NCBI RefSeq assembly: GCF_022539665.2
Contig: NC_081331.1
Location: forward strand, 5,518,001 to 5,582,000
DNA: 64,000 bases
Origin: Daphnia carinata
Lineage: Eukaryota
Direction: 5' to 3'
Below, piece by piece: positions 12,745 through 23,200 of this stretch. A program made the translations under genes and the position numbers. Position 1 is the stretch's first letter. Every line of letters begins with the position of its first letter. Below the pieces are notes generated by a model. It was not told the origin of the DNA, did not search any database, and worked only from the letters and a program-made list of their open reading frames with translations.

Positions 12745-14988
12745 CATAAAAAAAAAAAAAAAAAAAATGGCGGAAAAAAAAAAAAATCGCACTTTTTTCT
12801 CTTTTTTCTACCCGTAGCCATCTATCAGTCGGTTTCGTTATTACAGGCATGTAAGCAATTTTAGTTAATTGTATCCCATTAGCAGTTAATTGAGTAGCGT
12901 GGCTGGAGAACAACGCGTGGCTGGAGGAACAATTGAAAAATGGATAAGATAATAAAACAAAAAAATGGTAAGTATAAACATTATTATATTGGTTTTCAAT
13001 TATTAATTATTGTTTATTAGATCAAATTATGAAGCTGCAGGCCCAGTTATTGGAACAACACAAAATATTAGATAATAAAGCTAAGGATCGTAGGCCTAAC
13101 ACGTAATGATTCTATTTATTTGCTTTTATTCATTCGTGTTTTGTAGCTCAAATTTTGAGTCTTCAAGCTCAGCTAGGGGAAAAGAACAAATTGGAACGGA
13201 ACAGTTTCCAAACAGTGAAGGAGGTTTTTCAAAACTCATCTCTAACTGAGCGTGAGGATGAGTTGGCATTAGGCGAACACAGCCAGGTACCTAAACTTTT
13301 CAAATAAGAATTCAAAATAAGTATAGAATTTTAAAAAACAATTATTTATTGCTTAGTTATTCAGTCCACCACCTGACAGTGTGTTAAATTTAAATTCTGT
13401 TAGTGCTGCACTAAAAGAATCGTTAGTAATAAGCTCATGCAGTGAAGGAACTGAACAATTGTGGGAACGTATTTGGGCCGAAAATGGGTGTGGTACAGAA
13501 ACCCAGAAATGGCACAAGTTCAACATGAAACATGGATTAGGTACTTTTCGGTTTTTTGTCTATCGAAAAAGTATTTTTAATGCTATTATTTTGCATTCAC
13601 AGATTTTAACGGGGGATCAAATCAAGTCTGGAAGTGTTACAGGATGGAAGAGTGAGCCTACAGATGAAAAAACACTGAGAGTGCATTACCGTAAGGTGTG
13701 AGGTAAATTATTAGAGTTATGCAAATTGCCTAATGAGAAGTACCATCTTGTGTTAATGAATCCAGTACAACAGCAATCCTTTATAGTTCTGTCACAGCTA
13801 GAAGCCTCAAATAATTCTGCTTCTCTGTCTAAAGAACAACTTGTCCTTTACGTTCAGAGTGTTGGGGAAACTGGGTACTTAAATGGCCCTAAAGATGTTT
13901 TAATTTTGCTGCTATTGCAGAGATGAACATCATACATGGACTCTTTAGGTATGAAAGGATTTTTCTTCAAATAATTTTGAATTTATGACGAAGAATTTCT
14001 CCTCCTTTTGCCAACCAGGTCTTATCTACCAAAAAAAATTTTATCCAATAGGAAAGGATTTTCATGTACTGGGAACACAACTATCAACAATGCAACATTC
14101 TACAGGTGCTAGTTTATCATTCAAGAGCCTTATACAATGAAGTTAATCTGCAATTTGTATGTCCTTTCCCAAGCTTCCACCAGAAGTTGAATCTATGAGT
14201 CATGTAAGTTCCATGATCAACAATTGATGTGTTTAACTGTGTTGTTTTTCTTTTCTCAATATAGGTTAATAGTAACATTGGATCTGAAAAGATTCTTGGT
14301 TGGGGCAAGACACTGAATAAATTGTATTGATTGGATGGATGACATGACATTGCTATACTTAATTCGGATTCCCCAGACGGTATTTGATATTTAAAAAATT
14401 GAAGTGCATATCTGGGCTCCCTTCTTTTCTGAAGCCCCGTTTCCCCTTGACTCATAATAAGCCCGTAGGGGGTCATGCCCCTACTGTACGGTATATATAA
14501 AAACAACATATACCGAGGTTTGGAGGGCTCTGGCCGGAAAGGGGACGTGGGGTGCCGCTTCGTCCGATGATGTGTTCACGGAGGGTGACGTGGCTGCCCA
14601 CAAATCCGAACTAAAGGTTAATCGCTCCTGTAAAAATGTTCCAAATCTTCAGCTCTTCTTCCGGCTTCTCTTAGCCAATCACCGGGTAATCTCCCCGGTG
14701 GGTCAACAAGGCAGTGTCTCCCCCTGCCTGGGTTGACGGCAACTTTTGAAAGGGCTATTGTGCCTTTTTAAAGTTGCAAAAATAATTGTAATGTGCAGAG
14801 AATTGTCAATAAATTTTTTTTATAAAATATTTTTTGCAAAATTTGTTTCTTTCATTGTCTTTGTTAGCTGTATTCACACATTACAATTATGAACTTTTTT
14901 TTTTTTTGCTTTGCTTTACTTGTTTTTATCACCTTTGATGGTAAGCATTGTTTCCATTGGTTTATCGTTTATCTGTAAGTATTCAATT
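12745..14988 (+). repeat. Left arm of ~2.25 kb inverted repeat
   Basis: ORFs 13381-13701(+), 13726-13926(+) and 14117-14509(-) have identical translations at 16789-17109(-), 16564-16764(-) and 15980-16372(+); coordinate sums ~30490, so the centre is ~15245. Confidence 0.97.
12940..14378 (+). pseudogene. Decayed multi-exon gene of unknown family in the left arm (coiled-coil-like N-terminus)
   Basis: ATG 12940; short GT-AG introns join in phase to MDKIIKQKN-DQIMKLQAQLLEQHKILDNKAKD-PQILSLQAQLGEKNKLERNSFQ...HSQ-LFSPPPDSVLNL...KHGL; later exon-like blocks are out of phase or contain TGA stops (KILGWGKTLNKLY*LDG*HDIAIL). Confidence 0.6.
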
Positions 14989-15079
14989 TTATTTATTACA
15001 CTCTTTCAATTCTTCAACTTAGATTCAAGGAACAACGTGTAGTATCTGGATATTTTTTGAAGTAATTTTGTATTTTGTT

Positions 15080-15150
15080 TACTCGTATGGGAACCGATCC
15101 CCAGACAATCAGCGTGCAACGCCGATGCTCTAACATTAAGCCACGAGATA
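15080..15150 (-). pseudogene. tRNA-like element (Ala-TGC-like), degenerate
   Basis: Minus strand CTCG-TGGCTTAATGTTAGAGC-ATCGGC-GTTGCAC-GCTGA-TTGTC-TGGGGATCGGTTCCCA-TACGAG: A box, anticodon arm with TGC, GGATCG T-loop variant, partial acceptor stem CTCG/CGAG. Confidence 0.6.
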
Positions 15151-15246
15151 TAACTAAATATTTTATTATCGCATATCATATGTTATCGTCTAGGATGTTT
15201 ATGCAGTCTTTCACAATTATATGTTTATCTTTCTATTGCATTTAAA

Positions 15247-15312
15247 AGGTTCATAGCTCTGTGGTAGAGCGTTTAGCTACGACAACTGTTACCCTGGGTT
15301 CAAACCTCAATA
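15247..15312 (+). pseudogene. tRNA-like element, degenerate
   Basis: A box TAGCTCTGTGGTAGAGC (15254-15270) and B box GGTTCAAACC (15297-15306) at tRNA spacing; anticodon and acceptor stems decayed. Confidence 0.55.
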
Positions 15313-15433
15313 GATGTGTTAAAATGAAGTAGAATTAATGTAGAAGAGTATGTTGCAGAATTGCATTTCATTTTTATTCTAAGTGTAAATGCAAGTCCAC
15401 AAGTGACTAGTAAAAAGACAACTTGACATAACA

Positions 15434-15500
15434 TGATTCATGGCTCATTGGTAGAGCATCGGCGCGGGATGCCGAACATCCAGGGTTCGATCCCTGGATA
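15434..15500 (+). pseudogene. tRNA-like element, degenerate
   Basis: TGGCTCATTGGTAGAGC (A box/D arm), TCGGC-GCGGGAT-GCCGA anticodon arm, CCAGGG-TTCGAT-CCCTGG T arm with B box; no acceptor stem. Confidence 0.65.
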
Positions 15501-15502
15501 AT

Positions 15503-17763
15503 AATAGAATGCTTACAGATAAACGATAAACCAATGGAAACAATGCTTACCATCAAAGGTGATAAAAACAAGTAAAGCAAAGCAAAAAAAAAAAAGTTCA
15601 TAATTGTAATGTGTGAATACAGTTAACAAAGACAATGAAAGAAACAAATTTTGCAAAAAATATTTTATAAAAAAAATTTATTGACAATTCTCTGCACATT
15701 ACAATTATTTTTGCAACTTTAAAAGGCACAATAGCCCTTTCAAAAGTTGCCGTCAACCCAGGCAGGGGGAGACACTGCCTTGTTGACCCACCGGGGAGAT
15801 TACCCGGTGATTGGCTAAGAGAAGCCGGAAGAAGAGCTGAAGATTTGGAACATTTTTACAGGAGCGATTAACCTTTAGTTCGGATTTGTGGGCAGCCACG
15901 TCACCCTCCGTGAACACATCATCGGACGAAGCGGCACCCCACGTCCCCTTTCCGGCCAGAGCCCTCCAAACCTCGGTATATGTTGTTTTTATATATACCG
16001 TACAGTAGGGGCATGACCCCCTACGGGCTTATTATGAGTCAAGGGGAAACGGGGCTTCAGAAAAGAAGGGAGCCCAGATATGCACTTCAATTTTTTAAAT
16101 ATCAAATACCGTCTGGGGAATCCGAATTAAGTATAGCAATGTCATGTCATCCATCCAATCAATACAATTTATTCAGTGTCTTGCCCCAACCAAGAATCTT
16201 TTCAGATCCAATGTTACTATTAACCTATATTGAGAAAAGAAAAACAACACAGTTAAACACATCAATTGTTGATCATGGAACTTACATGACTCATAGATTC
16301 AACTTCTGGTGGAAGCTTGGGAAAGGACATACAAATTGCAGATTAACTTCATTGTATAAGGCTCTTGAATGATAAACTAGCACCTGTAGAATGTTGCATT
16401 GTTGATAGTTGTGTTCCCAGTACATGAAAATCCTTTCCTATTGGATAAAATTTTTTTTGGTAGATAAGACCTGGTTGGCAAAAAGGAGGAGAAATTCTTC
16501 GTCATAAATTCAAAATTATTTGAAGAAAAATCCTTTCATACCTAAAGAGTCCATGTATGATGTTCATCTCTGCAATAGCAGCAAAATTAAAACATCTTTA
16601 GGGCCATTTAAGTACCCAGTTTCCCCAACACTCTGAACGTAAAGGACAAGTTGTTCTTTAGACAGAGAAGCAGAATTATTTGAGGCTTCTAGCTGTGACA
16701 GAACTATAAAGGATTGCTGTTGTACTGGATTCATTAACACAAGATGGTACTTCTCATTAGGCAATTTGCATAACTCTAATAATTTACCTCACACCTTACG
16801 GTAATGCACTCTCAGTGTTTTTTCATCTGTAGGCTCACTCTTCCATCCTGTAACACTTCCAGACTTGATTTGATCCCCCGTTAAAATCTGTGAATGCAAA
16901 ATAATAGCATTAAAAATACTTTTTCGATAGACAAAAAACCGAAAAGTACCTAATCCATGTTTCATGTTGAACTTGTGCCATTTCTGGGTTTCTGTACCAC
17001 ACCCATTTTCGGCCCAAATACGTTCCCACAATTGTTCAGTTCCTTCACTGCATGAGCTTATTACTAACGATTCTTTTAGTGCAGCACTAACAGAATTTAA
17101 ATTTAACACACTGTCAGGTGGTGGACTGAATAACTAAGCAATAAATAATTGTTTTTTAAAATTCTATACTTATTTTGAATTCTTATTTGAAAAGTTTAGG
17201 TACCTGGCTGTGTTCGCCTAATGCCAACTCATCCTCACGCTCAGTTAGAGATGAGTTTTGAAAAACCTCCTTCACTGTTTGGAAACTGTTCCATTCCAAT
17301 TTGTTCTTTTCCCCTAGCTGAGCTTGAAGACTCAAAATTTGAGCTACAAAACACGAATGAATAAAAGCAAATAAATAGAATCATTACGTGTTAGGCCTAC
17401 GATCCTTAGCTTTATTATCTAATATTTTGTGTTGTTCCAATAACTGGGCCTGCAGCTTCATAATTTGATCTAATAAACAATAATTAATAATTGAAAACCA
17501 ATATAATAATGTTTATACTTACCATTTTTTTGTTTTATTATCTTATCCATTTTTCAATTGTTCCTCCAGCCACGCGTTGTTCTCCAGCCACGCTATCAAT
17601 TAACTGCTAATGGGATACAATTAACTCAAATTGCTTACATGCCTGTAATAACGACTACCTAACCTTTAATAATAACTAACCTAACCTAACCGACTGATAG
17701 ATGGCTACGGGTAGAATAAAGAGAAAAAAGTGCGATTTTTTTTTTCCGCCATTTTTTTTTTAT
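15503..17763 (-). repeat. Right arm of ~2.25 kb inverted repeat
   Basis: Reverse complement of 12745-14988 with a few substitutions/indels and a ~33 bp CCTAA-rich insert near 17655-17688. Confidence 0.97.
16111..17550 (-). pseudogene. Mirror copy of the decayed multi-exon gene in the right arm
   Basis: Reverse complement of 12940-14378. Confidence 0.6.
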
Positions 17764-18600
17764 GGCAATCCGTTTTACATAAAAAAAAAAAATGGCGGAA
17801 AAAAAAAAAAAAATCGCACTTTTTTCTCTTTTTTCTTTTTCTCTTAGTCAATCACCGGGTAATCTCCCTGGTGGGTCAACAAGGCAGTGTCTCCCCCTGC
17901 CTGGGTTGATGGCAACTATTGAAAGGGCTATTATGCCTTTTTAAAGTTGCAATATGCATGAAGCAGCGCAATATTTGCAGATCGATAATGGCGGTGGAGG
18001 TAAAAACTACAAAAAATAAACGAGATAACGATACCGTTCAGACGAGGGAAACTCAGATACACGTTGTCAACGTAAAAACAAAGTAAACAATGGGAACCAC
18101 ATGACAAAAAAAGTAACAATAGTTCCATTTCACATGCTAGAGGCTGATGAATCTGCAGCGCCATCTAGTGGAAATACTGTTTGGCCAGGTTTTAAAATAA
18201 GCCCGACAAAATAAGCATCGTACTAGCGCTGTAGCGTACTGGCGCGCTAGCATTGCGTCAAATACTCGGTGTATTTCAAAAACAATTAACTTCATAAAAA
18301 AAATAGTAATTTATTCAGAATCAGCATTCAATTTTGAGTATACCCTGTAATATTCAACTAATTCCTATGAGTGTCAGTTTTTTCAGAAAAAAAAAATTAA
18401 GCCCGACCGAGAAAAGTCGGGCTTATTTAGTCGGGCTTAAAAATTTTTTTCGGTCAGTGTATGTTGAGAATTAACTAGAAACGTGACCGGTAGATGGCGA
18501 TAGCAATAAAACACAAAAAAAGGCCAATATTTTTTTTTTATTTTGGGTAAAACGGATTGCCATATGTTTACAATATATGGTTTATTGATTTAACCGTAAA

Positions 18601-19816
18601 ATGTTAAGCCAAACGCAACTACAATTCTATAAAGACAACGGGTATCTTTTGTTGGACGAAGTGTACACGACAGCCGAAATCGACGAATGTTCTTCCGAAT
18701 ATGATGATATTTTCGTACTGAAAAAGAACTCAGAACTTGAGGCCACATGGAAAGGCGATTGGAAGGATGAAGCGTTGGTAATTTTTCTTGGCAGTATTAA
18801 TGGAACAACTTTTAACCAAGTTTCGTCTGATAATTTTAGCCAACACAGCTTTTTTCCGTTCACAATCTCCAAAACCATGCTGCAATTTTTACGAAGATGC
18901 TTTTGAAAGACACATTACTTCAAGCAATTGCTGATATTCTTGGAACTAAAGACATCTTACTCCATCATACAAAAGCTCATGTAAAGCCATCTGGTACAGG
19001 TTCGGCATTTCCCATGCATCAAGTTAGCTTCACATTTTTAAAAGATTCTTTTAACAAACAATTGTTTAACATCTATGCAAGGAATTTATCAATTTCCTTA
19101 AATAGGATTACCAATACTTTCCATACAAGAATGATTCTCTGGTTGCTGTTTTTATACATTTGGATGATACTAATATGGAAAATGGGGGTTTAGCTGTTTA
19201 TCCTGGTTCACACCATCTTGGACCATTAGAAGATAGAGGCAACATTCCAGGTAAATTTGATGTTAAATTTCATAGTGCATTGTCAGATCAAATTAAACTA
19301 CTTAACCTGTATTTGCTGTGCTCCATCAAAATTCTAAGGCTGGCATTATGTCGACCAAGTAAGTAAAAGGCTTTTCCTTATATCATTATATTCTTTTTAC
19401 GAGTTCGTCAGAGTATAATGCAAATTGATGCTTCTTTGGTTCCAAGGATAAGTTCCCGATCGACAAGGCAACGCCCATTAACGCAAAGCGAGGTGAGGAT
19501 TTTCCACAAAAGCCACCAAACGTATTTTATCTTTAACTTACATGATCAAGGGCAAGTCGTTATTTTTTCGTATCTACTTGTACATGGCAGCTATCCCAAC
19601 ACGTCTGATGGCGTTCGACGAATGCTGCTCTTTCAGGTGAAAAGGTCAGTTAAAATGGAAGATGAATTATTTTTACCTTTCGTTACAATTTAGATGATGT
19701 CAGCTCACGACGAAAAACTTAAGGAAACCCATCGTTCCCCATGCCAAGGCATGGTTCTGAGTGGAAGAAATCCGCATGCAGAAGCCAGCATTAAAAAACG
19801 GCATGAAGAGTGCTGA
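18601..19816 (+). CDS. Phytanoyl-CoA dioxygenase (PhyH)-family 2-oxoglutarate/Fe(II) dioxygenase, ~7 exons
   Basis: QLQFYKDNGYLLL N-terminus, spliced FPMHQ|DYQYFP (HxD), VFIHLDDTNMENGGLAVYPGSH, GQVVIFSYLLVHGSYPNTSDGVRR (distal His and 2OG-binding Arg); TGA 19814-19816. Confidence 0.9.
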
Positions 19817-20239
19817 GCACAGTGCAGTCATGGAGGATGCTTGTTAGACATGTATTATGTTATTGATTTTGGTCCTTCGGCATGAATTACAAGTTATTTT
19901 TTAAAAAACGTACCTAGGTCTCCGAAAGTATGTACAGTGGTCGAAATAAAAGACAATTACCCAATTTTGTCACAAATGGAGGACTCACCGTCAAATCGAT
20001 CGCCATTTTCTATAGCTAATTTTAGAACTGTAAATCACGAATGCTGCACGCAAACTGGGACAAGTGGTGTACTAATCAATAGCCGAAAAAGTGCCGATTG
20101 TTGAAGGCCATCATACTATTGGGAGCTGTCGGTAGATGCCCGTTGTTGCACGTAATGCCATGTAGTGCCTTGGATGCCATGGAAGGAGAATGGCAGTTTT
20201 TGATGGCGGAGAACTGTACACTGAGAGGAAACACTTAAT

Positions 20240-23200
20240 TTACACAGATTTTCGAAAAACAAGTTGTTGAATCGAATATGTAAACCAATGCGGGTTTAGC
20301 TGTGAAAGCCAATTATGGATGCATTGGTGAAGAGCGGCAATATTTCCATGAATCGAGTGCAACGATTTCGTCACCAAGAAAAGCTTGATGACATTCACAA
20401 TGTAAACAGTAGCAGATCGTCGATTAGAAGAAAGCAAGTCCACGGCTGTGGTATCACAATTTCCCAGCGATTTCCAATGATTTTCAAGGAGTTCTGCCAA
20501 GATATCCGAATCCGGCGGAGAGGCAACATGTTGTCTGATGCATTGCTCAATGAATTGACAGAGGAGCACGGAGTGCGCTAATGGTTCTCGAAACACATTG
20601 CTGTCACCTGTCTCGAAGGCCTGACTCTCTTCTTCCGATTGCTCGTCTTCCTCCAGAACCATATCGAACAGCAAGAGAATCACCCTCATCGTATAAGTGG
20701 AGCCAATTTTGTCGATTAGATATTTCAAGGCCTTATCAGTGGCGACGGAGGGCTGACTCCAATATCCGGTGCCGAGATCCCCGACGACTGCAGCTGCTGC
20801 CGTTCGTATGTGTTCTTCATCATCGATAAGGCAACGTAACAGACATACCCACAAGTTCGATAAAATTGAACCATGTTCTGTGGAGGCGGCTAGACTTCCG
20901 TCGATTTTCAACAATTCAACGCACCTTGCAACAGATTCGACAACCATCTGGCGAAAGGAGATCGTCGATGACACAGATTCTACCAAATATTCACTCCATT
21001 TCATCACGAGATCGAGGTCGTCGGAATTACTTGGGCACATGATGCGACCCGCGGCACCCAAGGCTGTGCAGCGGAAAATGTCGTCACTTGTTTCTCGATA
21101 GAGCTGAAGCATCCATTCGAGCTGTTCCTTGTTATAGCCTCTAAAGCGACCAACAAGCGCTAATGCTTTGATTCGACATTCTCTCGCCTCTTCTTTGTCT
21201 GCAATGATATAATTCAGCGCAGGCCATATGCAAGTTGGTAAAGCGGCGGCTGTGTCCAAGGATTCCAGCCTTTGCAAAACTTCCAATCTAACTTCGCTAA
21301 CCGGATGCTTTAGCAATTCAATGGCGTTCGCGGTATGAGATATGACGTCGCTAGGTATGGCGATACCTGCAAACTTCTGGGAGGCAAGTGGGTAAAAAGG
21401 TTTGTCTTGAAATACTTGAAACTGGTAGCGAAGTATTCCCAAACACTTGCCAGACACGCTATCCTCGATAGACGTTTCTGAATCAATAACAAGTCTGAGA
21501 ATCTCAGCGGCTTCATATCGAATAAGGTAGCAGCAGCTGCGTAGCCATCCAACCAATCTTTCAATTTTGTTGGTTAACATTCTGAACACCAGATCACGTG
21601 TTTCAGGCGAAAGAGACGAGTCCTTGACGAAATAGTGAATCTAAATCGGTACAATAAAGATAATTTATAAGCAGACAAAGAACAAACGTAAAAGATAATA
21701 ATCTGAACGACTATTCTCCTCACCTGTAATAACGTTCCGTGAAGTTCGTTATGCAACGCACAATTCGGAAGGGAATTCCAGAGTTCTAGAAGCAAACGAT
21801 AGTAGGCCTTTGTAGTCAACAAAGGTGTCAGAGCTTGTGCAGCCAATTGTCTCGTTTTCAGGACGGGTGAAGATCCACAGGCACGAACTAGCGGAATAAA
21901 AGGTTCCAGCTGGAAAGCTGAATCCGAAAATTCGCAAGCTGGTGGATGTAGCCTCCCCAGCAATACCAACATTGGGAACAATGAAGGGTGAAGATGAATT
22001 CCGCCACTTTTGATATCGGCAACACAAATACGTAGACGATCCAATAGAAACGGGTACAACGACGGGTATAATTGAAAGAAGACGCGGCCCGTAAGACTAT
22101 TTTTTTTCTGGAAATCGTGTTTGGATTTCGGTACGCCAAAGATGCGAATCATTAAAGCACCGAACAGCAGGGTAGACGAATTTCGTTCCTAAGGTTGTAA
22201 AACGCATTAAATTTGCTTTGTACGTACACGAAATTATTTATAATTACCGGCCAATCTGGGGCCTCAAAACCTGTTATGGATAAAATCAATCCACGCGCAA
22301 TGTACGGCCCAATCACTTGGTTTAGGCGTGATTCCCGATAAAGATTGCGCAGAATATTAAGAGCGTGAATTCGGCACTCGTTAGATTTCCCGTTACTTGC
22401 GATCTCAAGAAGAGATTCGATGGTATTTTTAAACAGCTCCCCGCTTCCCATTTCTACTTCCGGCGACAGGATGGCCTACAGAAAAAAGCAAAACAAATTA
22501 CCTTTCATTCACTGGAATACATACTCAATTTAAAGAATACCAATCTACCTGGAAGATGAATGGTAAACCTGCTGAACGACGAGTGGCGCATAATTTGGCT
22601 GCCGAATCATTATCCTTTAGATCCTGAACGAGTTCTAGGAGCCAGGACGTAGGACAATTATGAATTTCTGGTTTCGAACTCCTAGAAATAAGATCTTAAT
22701 TAAATAAAAAAGTGTACCATGTTAAAGTTAATAGGCAATACCTCCATAGAGCGTAACAGAGCTGCGAAAAACCACAGTAGACTTGCTCGAACGCTCCACG
22801 ATGTTTTGTTTCGAGCAACAGTAGTTTGAGATGTAGACCTAATTTAAGGATCACATCGTCTTCTATCAATCGAAAATCGCTTTCAAGCATCCAGGCTGAT
22901 ATTTGACCAAATAGAAGAGCCACCTAGTCAACAAACGATTGGATTTGTTCATGAATGATGCGAAATTAACAATGCCTCACCTCTTTTACAGTGCGCCAAG
23001 CGGACACAAGCAGCGTTTGAGCGTTCAAGTTCTGCGACGGTAAATCAGAAAAATCTGTTTGATCAGTTAAATTTTAGCATTTGTGGAAAGTCATCAATAA
23101 AAAACAAGTTCTAATACCACCAGGAAGAAACCCTTCAGGAGATTCGCAGGTAACCACCGGTGATGCAATGGCGCTCGCAGCAAAACAGATTTCTATAACA

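Larger units (their letters stand above)
12395..18459. mobile_element. Composite foldback-type non-autonomous DNA element with diverged outer TIRs enclosing a giant inner palindrome
   Basis: 12405-12639 is an imperfect reverse complement of 18215-18451; both contain repeated TAAGCCCGAC/GTCGGGCTTA motifs; right end reads 5'-CACTG on the minus strand (CMC/EnSpm-like), left end degenerate (CAGTG); no transposase recognised and no clear TSD. Confidence 0.75.

Noticed and set aside
14555..14615. Hammerhead ribozyme (CCGATGA...CGAAC)
   Set aside because: The core deviates from CUGANGA/GAAA and I could not build the three stems
15080..15500. Functional tRNA genes
   Set aside because: Acceptor stems are incomplete or absent and anticodon/T loops are non-canonical; reported as tRNA-like only
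15980..16372. 130-aa ORF (and its twin at 14117-14509) as a real gene or transposase
   Set aside because: It runs antisense to the exon-intron pattern of the decayed gene and overlaps the hairpin block; no transposase or other motif recognised; the identical copy only reflects the palindrome
18601..19816. Recent bacterial HGT of the PhyH dioxygenase
   Set aside because: It has about six typical spliceosomal introns and host-like composition; PhyH-family genes are widespread in animals; a phylogeny would be needed
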